Source: an uncultured Acidobacteriota bacterium (GTDB taxonomy: Bacteria; Acidobacteriota; Thermoanaerobaculia; Gp7-AA8). Taken from it: a stretch of DNA of 64,000 bases. The position numbers were made by a program, and so were the translations under genes. The notes under the pieces were generated by a model. The model saw only the letters and a program-made list of their open reading frames with translations, ran no database searches and was not told where the DNA came from. The stretch spans positions 192,001 through 256,000 of the forward strand of contig CAVUKB010000010.1 in NCBI GenBank assembly GCA_963741955.1, in the 5' to 3' direction. This document shows, in pieces, positions 52,921 to 62,021 of the stretch (positions are counted from its first letter, which is position 1; each line of letters starts with the position of its first letter).

Positions 52921-53544
52921 ATGCGTAAATGGATCGTTCTCGCAGTCTTTCTTTTCCCCAGCCTCGTCTGGGCCCAGTCGGCGAAGTTCGAAGTGACGCC
53001 GTTCGGCGGGTACCGGTGGGGTGGCACCATCACCACCTACGATACGAATCTGTTCGGTACCGATGTCGACGTGAAGGACAGCGGCGCATACGGCGTCCTG
53101 CTCGGCGTCCCGATCGGATACAACGTTCAGTTCGAGCTGATGGCCGATCGCCAGAGCACGTCGCTGCAGACCGGCCACGGCCTCTTCGAGCCGAATCAGA
53201 ATGTGGCCGACATCGACATCACGTACTACCACGCCGGCCTTCTTTACCAGTGGGATACGGCAACGCGCGGTATCCAGCCGTTCATCGTCGGTTCGCTCGG
53301 CGTGGCCGATCTGAACCTCCACGTTCCGGGGGTCTCGAACGAATCGCGTTTCTCGGGGAGTCTGGGCGGGGGAGTGAAGATCGCGGTGAACCGGAACGTC
53401 GGCATCCGTCTCGAGGGGCGCGGGTTCTGGACCAACACCACGGACAACAACCGCGACCACTGCAGTTTCTGCAACGATTACTACAGCTACAACAACGATC
53501 TCTACCAGGGTGAAGTCAGAGTCGGTCTGAGCCTCGGGTTCTGA
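52921..53544 (+). CDS. Outer membrane beta-barrel protein
   Basis: Signal peptide, FEVTPFGGYRWGG, alternating strands, C-terminal Phe; SD AAGGAG. Confidence 0.85.
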   Translation: MRKWIVLAVFLFPSLVWAQSAKFEVTPFGGYRWGGTITTYDTNLFGTDVDVKDSGAYGVLLGVPIGYNVQFELMADRQSTSLQTGHGLFEPNQNVADIDITYYHAGLLYQWDTATRGIQPFIVGSLGVADLNLHVPGVSNESRFSGSLGGGVKIAVNRNVGIRLEGRGFWTNTTDNNRDHCSFCNDYYSYNNDLYQGEVRVGLSLGF

Positions 53545-53592
53545 CCGCTCCTCCTCGGTTGGAACTTCGGATGAGCGCCGGTCTCCCGGCGC

Positions 53593-54084
53593 TCATTTCT
53601 TTTGCGCGCTCTTCTCTTCGCCGATCCGTTTCACGACCTCCTTCGCCAGCCCGTTCGGGATGGGGATGGAGAGGTTGTACTGCTCGATCCGCCACTCACC
53701 GTCGATCTTCTGCAGAGCCCCCGACCCGCGGCATTCGCCATACGACGCGCTGTCGAGCATCTCGTCGAACCATGCGGCCGTCCCGTCTTTCGATACCTTG
53801 ACGTGGCGGTCGCGCGGAGTGAACGTCCATCCTTTTCCCTGCGAGAAGTAGGGGTGGGCATAGGCACGGAATTCGTTCTTCGTCCATCGTTCCGTGCCGT
53901 CCGTGCCGAGAAAGACCGCGTCGGGTGCGAGGAGATCGAAATAGCCGGTCTCGTCGGCGACCGATGCGGCGTGGTGGAATGCGTCGAGCGTCGCATCGAT
54001 CCGGGAGATCTCGCTGTTCGGCCGGGCAGCGGCGAGCGGAGCGGCGAGAGTGCAGCAGGCGAGAAGAGCGAGAAGGATCCGCAC
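53593..54084 (-). CDS. NTF2/SnoaL-like secreted protein
   Basis: LDAFHHAAS, FLGTDGTERW, AWFDEML, RGSG, QYNLSIPIPN; GTG after GGAGGT. Confidence 0.85.
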   Translation of the reverse strand: MRILLALLACCTLAAPLAAARPNSEISRIDATLDAFHHAASVADETGYFDLLAPDAVFLGTDGTERWTKNEFRAYAHPYFSQGKGWTFTPRDRHVKVSKDGTAAWFDEMLDSASYGECRGSGALQKIDGEWRIEQYNLSIPIPNGLAKEVVKRIGEEKSAQKK

Positions 54085-54241
54085 GAGAAGTACCTCCGGC
54101 GAGAACGGTAGCACAGGTGATCCGCCCTGCCGCCGGCGGCGTCAACCTCCGATTCCACCGCGGATCCTCTGATCAACCGCGAAGATCAGGTCGTGCACTA
54201 GGAGTCGGCACCGGCGGGAATGAGCTCTCGGATCCGGGATG

Positions 54242-54270
54242 TTGACAGCTGCGAGAGATGCTTCTACTCT
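54242..54270 (+). promoter_or_regulatory. Sigma70 promoter of the his operon
   Basis: TTGACA-17 nt-TACTCT. Confidence 0.75.
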
Positions 54271-54281
54271 CTCGAACCGAC

Positions 54282-54341
54282 ATGACGAATGGTCTCGTGA
54301 TCCGGCGCCACCATAGCCTGCATCATCATCCGATGCTGTAG
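54282..54341 (+). CDS. hisL: his operon leader peptide
   Basis: Manual translation MTNGLVIRRHHSLHHHPML*, 5 His codons, between the promoter and the terminator. Confidence 0.85.
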   Translation: MTNGLVIRRHHSLHHHPML

Positions 54342-54368
54342 GGGCCGGACCATCTGCGCCCCGCGGCT

Positions 54369-54453
54369 GGAAGGGGCGCCTCGAGATCAGACCTCGAATC
54401 CGATTTCAATCCCAGGAGCCTCTTCCCCCCGCGGGAAGAGGCTCTTTCGTTTT
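54369..54453 (+). terminator. his attenuator (antiterminator and terminator)
   Basis: Terminator GAGCCTCTTCCC(54416-27)/GGGAAGAGGCTC(54433-44) followed by TTTCGTTTT; 54369-54381 can pair with its 5' arm. Confidence 0.85.
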
Positions 54454-54485
54454 GCTCGCCGGCGATGCCGGCGGAGGAGATCGAG

Positions 54486-55436
54486 ATGGGGATTGAACTT
54501 GAATTCGAGGAGCGGGCGATCCGGTCATTTCCGGCCGGCGCGCGGGCTCTCCTTCCAGCCGAGGCGCGGAGTCTGCGGCAGCTCGAGTCGAGGATCACCG
54601 GGCGCCTCGAGGCGGGCGGTTTCGAAGAGGTGATCCTTCCGGTGGTCGACTACGTCGATCCGTACCGCGAGTTCACCGACGCCCGTGCGCTCCGTCAGGC
54701 GTACCGTTTCACCGACCGCGAAGGCGATCTCGTCGCGGTCCGCTCCGATTTCACGCCGATGCTGGCGAGAACGCTCGCACCGGTTCTGAGTCAGCTCGCG
54801 CTTCCGCTCCGTCTTTTCTATCGGGGCGACGTGGTTCGTGCCGACGCGCTGGCGCTCGGGCGGACCCGCGAATCGTTCCAGATCGGCGCGGAGCTGGTGG
54901 GCGCAGGCGGTGCGGAGATCGACGCTGCGGTCATCGCCCTGGCGGTCGAGTCGGTGATGGACTGCGGCATCCGCCCGGAGGTGGTCCTTGGCGACGCGTC
55001 CGTGCTCGACGCGATCCTCGCGCCGGTCGAACGGGAGCTCCGGCGAGAGATCGCCACTCTGATCCGCAGCCGGCGGTGGGCGGCACTGGAGCGGTTCCGC
55101 AATGCGATCGAACCGGCGACGCTCGATCTTCTCGAACGTGCGGTCCGCGGCGAGTTGACTCTCGACGCACTCGGATCGTTCCAGGACGGTGCTCTCGCGG
55201 AGCGGTTGAGCAACGTCGTCGAGCGACTGGAGAAGCTGGAGGTCGGCGTCGCGGTCGATGACCTGCTCGACACTTCCAGCTACTACACCGGCATCCGCTT
55301 CCGCCTCTTCGCGGGAGGCGGCCGGACGCTCCTGGGTGGGGGAGGGCGCTATGACGCACTCTACGGGATGTTCGGGAGCGACGCGCCGGCGGTCGGATTT
55401 TCGTTGAATCTCGACGCGCTGGAGGCTTGCCGATGA
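54486..55436 (+). CDS. hisZ: ATP phosphoribosyltransferase regulatory subunit
   Basis: HisRS-like: VRSDFTPMLAR, QIGAELVG, YYTGIRF, GGGRYDAL, PAVGFS. Confidence 0.9.
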   Translation: MGIELEFEERAIRSFPAGARALLPAEARSLRQLESRITGRLEAGGFEEVILPVVDYVDPYREFTDARALRQAYRFTDREGDLVAVRSDFTPMLARTLAPVLSQLALPLRLFYRGDVVRADALALGRTRESFQIGAELVGAGGAEIDAAVIALAVESVMDCGIRPEVVLGDASVLDAILAPVERELRREIATLIRSRRWAALERFRNAIEPATLDLLERAVRGELTLDALGSFQDGALAERLSNVVERLEKLEVGVAVDDLLDTSSYYTGIRFRLFAGGGRTLLGGGGRYDALYGMFGSDAPAVGFSLNLDALEACR

Positions 55437-56086
55437 GCGCGATCCGGATCGCGCTTCCGAAGGGACGTCTCCTCGCTCCTCTTCTCGACGAGTTCCGTGC
55501 GGCGGGTTACGACGTCCCGACCGAGGATGATCTCGCCTCGCGCCGGCTCCTCATCGAACGAGGTGACGTCGAATGGATCCTGGTGAAAGACGGTGACGTC
55601 CCGGTGTACGTCGAAGGAGGAGCAGCGGACGCGGGAGTGGCGGGGCTCGATCAGCTCCTCGAGCAGAAGCCGCGCGTCTTCGAGCCGCTCGACTTCGGTT
55701 TCGGCCGTTGCCGGATGATGCTGATCGGTGCGCCGGGTGTGCGTGGACTCGACCTGAGCCAGCCGCGACGGCTGGCGACGAAGTATCCGCGGCTCTCGCG
55801 CGAGTGGCTCGAGCGGCGCGGACTTCGATTCGAAGTCCTGACCCTCCAGGGATCGGTCGAGCTCGCAGCGGTACTCCGTCTCACGCCGTACGTCATCGAC
55901 CTCGTCGAAACGGGAGGGACGGTCCGAGCCCACGGGCTCGAGCTGATCGAAGTGGTGGAGGAGATCTCTCCGCGACTGATCGTCAACCCGAATGTCTATC
56001 GCAGCCGCCCGACTGTCGTGCGACGCCTGATCCGGAGCCTGGCGGGAGTGAGTGAGGTCGTATCGCGATCGAAGGAGGTCTCATGA
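55433..56086 (+). CDS. hisG: ATP phosphoribosyltransferase, short form
   Basis: IALPKGRL, DVPVYVE, ATKYP, GSVELA, DLVETGGT. Confidence 0.95.
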   Translation: MSAIRIALPKGRLLAPLLDEFRAAGYDVPTEDDLASRRLLIERGDVEWILVKDGDVPVYVEGGAADAGVAGLDQLLEQKPRVFEPLDFGFGRCRMMLIGAPGVRGLDLSQPRRLATKYPRLSREWLERRGLRFEVLTLQGSVELAAVLRLTPYVIDLVETGGTVRAHGLELIEVVEEISPRLIVNPNVYRSRPTVVRRLIRSLAGVSEVVSRSKEVS

Positions 56087-57375
56087 TTCGTGTGGAAAGC
56101 GAAACGCGAGCGTATTTGCGATGGCTTGCCGCGCTGGAGCGGCGGCGGCGCGTGGAGAACGCGGCGGCCCGTCGCGTCGCGCGAAAAGTGGTCGCGGATG
56201 TGCGGCGAAGGGGAGACGGAGCGGTGTCGGAGCTTCTCGCAGAATTTGACGGAGTGACTCTCGCGCCGGACGCGATCGCGGTGGCGCCGGCGGACGCGAA
56301 GATCGAGTCACGGCTGAGGGCCGCGATCGAGCTCGCCATCGAGCGGGTGAGTGCGTTTCACGCGCCGCAGCGGCCGGAAGGTTACGCCGTCGAGGTCGAT
56401 GGGGCGCAGCTGCGTCACGTCGTCGCACCGCTCGACCGGGTGGGACTCTACGTCCCCGGAGGGCGAGCGGTGTACCTCTCGACGTTGATCATGTGCGCGG
56501 TGCCGGCACGACTGGCGGGCGTCCGATCGATCGTGGTAGCAACCACGCCTGCCGCCGCCGCGCAGCCGGCGTTCCAGTACACCTGCGCGCGACTCGGCAT
56601 CGAGACGATCTACCGCGCCGGCGGGCCGGCGGGCATCGCGGCGATGGCGCTCGGTACGGCTTCGCTCGCCCGAGTCGACAAGATCGCCGGACCCGGGAAT
56701 GCGTACGTCACCGCGGCGAAGCAACTTCTCTTCGGAGAGGTTGGGATCGACATGACCGCCGGACCGAGCGAGATCGCGATCATCGCCGATCAATCCGCCG
56801 AACCGACTCTCGTCGCGGCAGACATGCTGGCCCAGAGCGAGCACGGCGCCGACTCCGCGGCGATCCTCGTCTCCACATCGAAAGAGCTGGCCGGTGCGGT
56901 GGAGCGCGAGATCCGGCGCCGGTTGCCATCCGCGCCGGAAGGATCGGCGGCGCCGGCGTCCATCGAGCGCAACGGGGCGATCGTCCTCACGAAGAGTCTC
57001 GAGGAAGCGGCGTCGGTCGTGAACTGCATCGGACCGGAGCACGTGGAAGTGGTTGCGGAGAACGCCGGTTCCATCGCGGATCTGGTGACGAACTGCGGTG
57101 CGGTGTTCGTCGGCTCTCTCGCCGGAGTCGCCCTTGGCGATTACTCCGCCGGGCCGAACCACGTCCTCCCGACCGGCGGAAGCTCGCGCTTTTTCTCCGT
57201 GCTCGGGGTGTACGACTTCTGCCGCCGCCGCAACGTCAGCAGGATCTCGCCGGAGTATCTCGCCGCGATCGGCGCCGCCGCGGAAGAGCTGGCCCTCTTC
57301 GAGGGTCTCCCGCTCCACGCGGGTTCGGTACGCGAGCGACTCGAAGCCGTCGTGCCTAAGGAGGTGACCCGATGA
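56083..57375 (+). CDS. hisD: Histidinol dehydrogenase
   Basis: GLYVPGG, GPGNAYV, AGPSEI, QSEH, PEH, GDYSAGPNHVLPT. Confidence 0.96.
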   Translation: MIRVESETRAYLRWLAALERRRRVENAAARRVARKVVADVRRRGDGAVSELLAEFDGVTLAPDAIAVAPADAKIESRLRAAIELAIERVSAFHAPQRPEGYAVEVDGAQLRHVVAPLDRVGLYVPGGRAVYLSTLIMCAVPARLAGVRSIVVATTPAAAAQPAFQYTCARLGIETIYRAGGPAGIAAMALGTASLARVDKIAGPGNAYVTAAKQLLFGEVGIDMTAGPSEIAIIADQSAEPTLVAADMLAQSEHGADSAAILVSTSKELAGAVEREIRRRLPSAPEGSAAPASIERNGAIVLTKSLEEAASVVNCIGPEHVEVVAENAGSIADLVTNCGAVFVGSLAGVALGDYSAGPNHVLPTGGSSRFFSVLGVYDFCRRRNVSRISPEYLAAIGAAAEELALFEGLPLHAGSVRERLEAVVPKEVTR

Positions 57376-58604
57376 GCAGCTCTCCCTCGAAATCCGCCTC
57401 GTTCGTCCGGGAGGCGATCCGGACGATGTCCGCGTATACCCTGGAACCTCTCCTCGCAGCGGACAAACTGGACCAGAACGAGTCGCCGTGGGATCTCCCT
57501 CCCGGGTTGAAAGAGGAAGTTCTCGCTCGGATCTCGAAGCGGTCGTGGAATCGCTATCCGGAGTTCGGTCTGGATCGGATCCGCGGTGCGGTCGCGTCGT
57601 ACGCGGGAATCGCTCGGGACGAAGTTCTGGTCGGCAACGGATCGAACGAGCTCCTCCTCGCCACGCTGGCGACGTTCGTCGCACCGGGAGCGCCGGTAGT
57701 CCGCGTCGATCCGACCTTCGCGCTGTACGAGAAGATCACCCGGATCATGGGCGGGATCTCGATCCCCGTCGCGGGCGACCCGGCGAGCGGCGTTCTTCCG
57801 GTCGAGGAGATGGTTGCGGCGATCGAGACGTGCGAACGGCCTCCGGTGGTGATCGTCTGCTCACCCAACAATCCCACCGGAGCCTCGCTGAGGGAAGGCC
57901 AGCTCGAGACGCTCCTCGCCACCGGCGCCATGGTGATTCTCGACCGCGCCTATGGCGAGTTCGGCGAGAACCCCGACGCCGTCAGGCCGCGCGAACGCCT
58001 GGTCATTCTCTCGACGTTCTCGAAGGCGTGGGGTCTGGCGGGACTGAGAATCGGCTGGCTCGCAGCGACTCCTGAAAACTGCCGCGAGATCTCGAAGGTG
58101 AAGTTGCCGTACAACCTGAATCTCTTCAGTGAAGAGGCGGCGCTCGTGGCGCTGGAAAATCCTGACCTCGTGCGGGAGCGTACTGCGGCGTTGCGCGCCG
58201 AGCGGGTCCGGCTCAGCGCAGAACTCGGTGCGATGGAAGGCGTCCGGCCGTTTCCGAGCGAAGCGAACTTCATCGCTTTCGAGACCACGATGAATCCGAA
58301 CGAGCTCTATCGCGAGCTCGCATCCCGAGGAACGCTGGTGCGGGACATCTCGGGATATCCCGGCATGTCGCGCGCACTACGCGTCTCCGTCGGGGCGCCG
58401 GAGGAGAACGACCGGTTTCTCGGAGCGTTGAGGGAAGCGATGGCTGCGCATCTGATCGTCAGCAATGGCGGACGGTCGGAACGAATGGAGGACCTCGCAC
58501 TCCCCGGTGAGCGCGAAGCGACGTCGCTCGCGTCATCCGAGCGCGATGCTCCGACCGGAGAGGAGCGGCTGCGTCGAAATTCACGAGGAGAGTCCAATGA
58601 CTGA
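57372..58604 (+). CDS. hisC: Histidinol-phosphate aminotransferase
   Basis: KLDQNESP, GNGSNE, PNNPTG, TFSKAWGLAGLRIG. Confidence 0.95.
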   Translation: MSSSPSKSASFVREAIRTMSAYTLEPLLAADKLDQNESPWDLPPGLKEEVLARISKRSWNRYPEFGLDRIRGAVASYAGIARDEVLVGNGSNELLLATLATFVAPGAPVVRVDPTFALYEKITRIMGGISIPVAGDPASGVLPVEEMVAAIETCERPPVVIVCSPNNPTGASLREGQLETLLATGAMVILDRAYGEFGENPDAVRPRERLVILSTFSKAWGLAGLRIGWLAATPENCREISKVKLPYNLNLFSEEAALVALENPDLVRERTAALRAERVRLSAELGAMEGVRPFPSEANFIAFETTMNPNELYRELASRGTLVRDISGYPGMSRALRVSVGAPEENDRFLGALREAMAAHLIVSNGGRSERMEDLALPGEREATSLASSERDAPTGEERLRRNSRGESND

Positions 58605-59208
58605 CATCCCCGGCACCACACGCCGCACGGCGTCGACTACTCGCGTGACGCGTGAGACTTCGGTCGAGATCACTCTCGATCTCGACGGCACGGGCGAGGC
58701 GAAGATCGACACGCCGATCGGCTTTCTCTCCCACATGCTCGACGCGGTGGCGAAACACGGCTGGGTCGATCTCGAGGTGAAGGCGACCGGCGACACCTGG
58801 ATCGACTACCACCACACCGTCGAGGACGTGGCTCTGGTTCTCGGTGAGACGTTCGCGAAAGCGCTCGGCGCGATGCGCGGCATCCGCCGCTTCGGTACCG
58901 CGTACGTACCGATGGACGAAGCGCTTGCCCGGGTGGTGATCGACTTCTCCGGACGCCCGTTCCTCGTCTTCGAGGCCGCAGTCGACCAGGAGATGCTCCT
59001 GGTTCATCGCGACTTTCCGTTCGCCCTGGTGGAGGAGTTCTTCAAGTCGTTCGCGAACCGCTGCCAGTGCAACATCCACGTCGATCTGATCCGCGGCAGG
59101 AACGGTCACCACGCCGCCGAAGCGATCTTCAAGGCGTTCGCGCTGGCGATCCGCGAGGCGAAGGCGGTGGTGAGCGACCAGGTTCCGAGCACGAAAGGAG
59201 TGCTCTGA
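58597..59208 (+). CDS. hisB: Imidazoleglycerol-phosphate dehydratase (monofunctional)
   Basis: FLSHML, HHTVED, PMDEAL, NGHHAAEAIFKA, PSTKGVL. Confidence 0.96.
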   Translation: MTDIPGTTRRTASTTRVTRETSVEITLDLDGTGEAKIDTPIGFLSHMLDAVAKHGWVDLEVKATGDTWIDYHHTVEDVALVLGETFAKALGAMRGIRRFGTAYVPMDEALARVVIDFSGRPFLVFEAAVDQEMLLVHRDFPFALVEEFFKSFANRCQCNIHVDLIRGRNGHHAAEAIFKAFALAIREAKAVVSDQVPSTKGVL

Positions 59209-59807
59209 TGAAGACGACTCTCGTCGCGTCACCGGTCGCGAATCTGGCCAACATCGAGAGGGGACTTCGCGCGGTCGGAGCGGACCTGGAGATCACTGCG
59301 GATCCTGCGGCGCTCGCTGCTGCAGAACGGATCGTGCTTCCCGGCGTCGGAAGTTTTCCCTCCGCCATGCAGTGGCTGGCCGGAAGTGGAGTAGCGAATG
59401 CGATTCTCGCCGCCGTATCGCGCGACGCGAAGCTCCTCGGCGTCTGCGTCGGACACCAGCTTCTCTTCGATTCTTCCGAAGAGATGGGTGACACACGCGG
59501 GCTCGGATTGATCGGCGGACGGGTGCGCCGTCTCGCCGGGACACTTCCGGTTCCGCAGATCGGGTGGAACCGGATCGAGACGAATGGTGACCCGCTCTTC
59601 GAAGGGATCGAGTCGGGGACGCCGTTCTACTTCGTGAATTCGTACGTGGCCACCGAGCTCGATCCTTCCAGCTCGATCGCATCGGGCGAGTACGGGGAGC
59701 GCTTCGTTGCCGCAGCGCGAAGGGGTCAGGTCTGCGGCGTGCAGTTTCATCCCGAGAAGTCGTCGTCCGCAGGTCTGCGCGTACTGAGGAACTTCGTATG
59801 GAACTGA
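59208..59807 (+). CDS. hisH: IGP synthase glutaminase subunit
   Basis: LPGVGSF, GVCVGHQ, VPQIGWN, QFHPEKS. Confidence 0.93.
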   Translation: MKTTLVASPVANLANIERGLRAVGADLEITADPAALAAAERIVLPGVGSFPSAMQWLAGSGVANAILAAVSRDAKLLGVCVGHQLLFDSSEEMGDTRGLGLIGGRVRRLAGTLPVPQIGWNRIETNGDPLFEGIESGTPFYFVNSYVATELDPSSSIASGEYGERFVAAARRGQVCGVQFHPEKSSSAGLRVLRNFVWN

Positions 59808-61315
59808 GATCTCCTCGATTCGAAGTGATTCCGTCGATCGACTTGCTCGGCGGGCGGGTGGTCCGTCTCCTGCGCGGGAAGTTCGACGCGGTGACCGACT
59901 ACGGCGATCCGCTCGAGGTGGTGAGCTCGTGGCGAATACCGGCCGGCCGGCGCATTCACGTCGTCGATCTCGAAGGCTCACGCTCGGGAAGTCCGCGGCA
60001 GCTGGACGTCGTACGAGAACTTGCCCGGCGCTTCACGAATCTCCAGGTTGGCGGCGGCATCCGCAGCGCCGCCGACGCACGAGCCTGGATCGATGCCGGG
60101 GCGTCGCGAGTCGTGGTCGGTACCGCGGCGACGGTCTCAGTGCCGCTGTTCCGCGAGATCGTCGCTGCAGCCGGCGCGTCGCGCGTCACTGCCTCGGTCG
60201 ACCTGGCGGAAGGAGAAGTCCGGGTGCGCGGATGGGAAGACGATGGCGCGATCTCACGGCGGACGCTGTTCGCTCGACTGGAAGAGGCGGGAATCGAGGA
60301 AGTTCTCGTCACCGACATCGGTCGTGACGGGACGATGCTCGGTCCCTCGTTCGACCTCTATCGCGCGATCGTGAAAGAGACTTCCCTGAGGGTCATTGGT
60401 TCCGGCGGGGTCGGAGGTTTGCGCGACATCACCGCTCTCGCGCGTGGCGGTGCAGTCACGGGTGTCATCGTCGGTCGTGCGCTTCACGAAGGGGTGGTGA
60501 CGGTGGGCGAGGCCGACGCATCGATCTCTTTCTCCGGAATCCCGAAGCGGATCATTCCCTGTCTCGACGTGCGGGACGGACGCGTGGTCAAGGGGGTGAA
60601 CTTCCGCGGAATTCGCGATGCCGGTGATCCGGTGGACCTCGCGAAGCGGTACGAGATCGAAGGAGCGGACGAGATCGTGATGCTCGACATCTCGGCGACG
60701 CACCGCGAGCATGAGACGAACCTGGAGACGGTCCGGCGGATCGCGGAGTCGCTCTTCATTCCCCTGACGGTCGGAGGAGGGGTGCGCTCGGTGGATGACT
60801 TCCGAAGGCTGCTGCAGCAGGGAGCCGATCGCGTGGCGATCAACTCGGCGGCGGTTGCGGATCCGGCACTGATCGAGCGTTGCGCGTCGGAGTTCGGGGT
60901 CCAGGCGGTGGTTCTCGCCTGTGACGCGCGGGCCGAGCGGAATTCATGGAGAGTGGTGACGCGCAGCGGGACGACCGACGCACCGGTCGATGCCGTCGAA
61001 TGGTGTGCCGAAGTGGAACGGCTCGGTGCGGGAGAGATTCTCCTCACCTCGATCGATCGCGACGGAACGAACCGCGGATTCGATCTCGAGCTCCTGCGGC
61101 GGGTGAGCGCTGCGGTGCGGATCGGCGTCATCGCCTCGGGGGGAGCCGGACGCGTCGACGATTTCCGCTCCGCGATCGAGAGCGGTGGTGCGAGCGCGGT
61201 GCTCGCGGCATCGCTCTTTCACGATGAGAGGATGTCGATCGGAGAGGTGAAAGACTTTCTCGCGAATTCAGGAATTCCGATCAGGGAAAGGGAGGCCTTC
61301 GATGCCCTCGTCTGA
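59798..61315 (+). CDS. hisA/hisF: Fused HisA (ProFAR isomerase) and HisF (IGP synthase cyclase)
   Basis: N half IPSIDL, HVVDL, QVGGGIR, TDIGRDGTM; C half KRIIPCLDV, LDISA, PLTVGGG, GAGEILLTSIDRDGT, IASGGAG; single reading frame. Confidence 0.92.
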   Translation: MELRSPRFEVIPSIDLLGGRVVRLLRGKFDAVTDYGDPLEVVSSWRIPAGRRIHVVDLEGSRSGSPRQLDVVRELARRFTNLQVGGGIRSAADARAWIDAGASRVVVGTAATVSVPLFREIVAAAGASRVTASVDLAEGEVRVRGWEDDGAISRRTLFARLEEAGIEEVLVTDIGRDGTMLGPSFDLYRAIVKETSLRVIGSGGVGGLRDITALARGGAVTGVIVGRALHEGVVTVGEADASISFSGIPKRIIPCLDVRDGRVVKGVNFRGIRDAGDPVDLAKRYEIEGADEIVMLDISATHREHETNLETVRRIAESLFIPLTVGGGVRSVDDFRRLLQQGADRVAINSAAVADPALIERCASEFGVQAVVLACDARAERNSWRVVTRSGTTDAPVDAVEWCAEVERLGAGEILLTSIDRDGTNRGFDLELLRRVSAAVRIGVIASGGAGRVDDFRSAIESGGASAVLAASLFHDERMSIGEVKDFLANSGIPIREREAFDALV

Positions 61316-61916
61316 GCCGCTTGCACTCGATTCTCTGAAGTACGATGAGCGAGGTCTCGTCACCGCCGTGATTCGCGACCGTTCCACCGGCGGGATCCTG
61401 ATGGTCGCCTGGATGAACCGGGACGCGCTCGAGAAGACGCTCGACTCGGGGGAGGTCTGGCTCTGGAGCCGAAGCAGGAAACAGCTCTGGAACAAGGGCG
61501 CGACTTCCGGCAACCGGCAGAAGGTTCTGGCGATCGAGATCGACTGCGATCGCGATACGCTCCTGGTCGACGTCGAGCCCCGCGGAGCGGCCTGTCACGA
61601 GGGGACCTTCTCCTGCTTCGGAGAGCGCGAAGGGGACCGCATCGATCTCGCCGCTCTCTACCGTCTCCTCCTCGAGCGCAAGGAATCCCAGCCTGAAGGT
61701 TCGTACTCGGCGAAGCTCTTCGCCTCGGGGAAAGAGCGCATCGTGAAGAAGATCGGGGAAGAAGCCACGGAAGTGGTGATCGCCGCACTGGCGGAAGGGC
61801 GGGAGCGGGTGGTTTCCGAAGTGGCGGATCTCCTGTTTCACCTGACGGTGCTTCTGGCGAATGAAGGGATTTCGCCGCGGGAGGTGGCGGCGGAGCTGGC
61901 GGCGCGAAGGAAATGA
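61302..61916 (+). CDS. hisIE: Bifunctional PR-AMP cyclohydrolase / PR-ATP pyrophosphatase
   Basis: WSRSR, KGATSGN, DCDRD, ACHEG..SCF; KKIGEEATE, ADLLFH. Confidence 0.96.
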   Translation: MPSSEPLALDSLKYDERGLVTAVIRDRSTGGILMVAWMNRDALEKTLDSGEVWLWSRSRKQLWNKGATSGNRQKVLAIEIDCDRDTLLVDVEPRGAACHEGTFSCFGEREGDRIDLAALYRLLLERKESQPEGSYSAKLFASGKERIVKKIGEEATEVVIAALAEGRERVVSEVADLLFHLTVLLANEGISPREVAAELAARRK

Positions 61917-62021
61917 AGGCGCTTCGGAATGGAGGTGACACGAGCAGAGATCGGACGGGTCGAGGTTCCCGCGCCGCTCGCTGCTTCGTCGATTCGGGGA
62001 TGGAGGCTATGATCTCGGATC

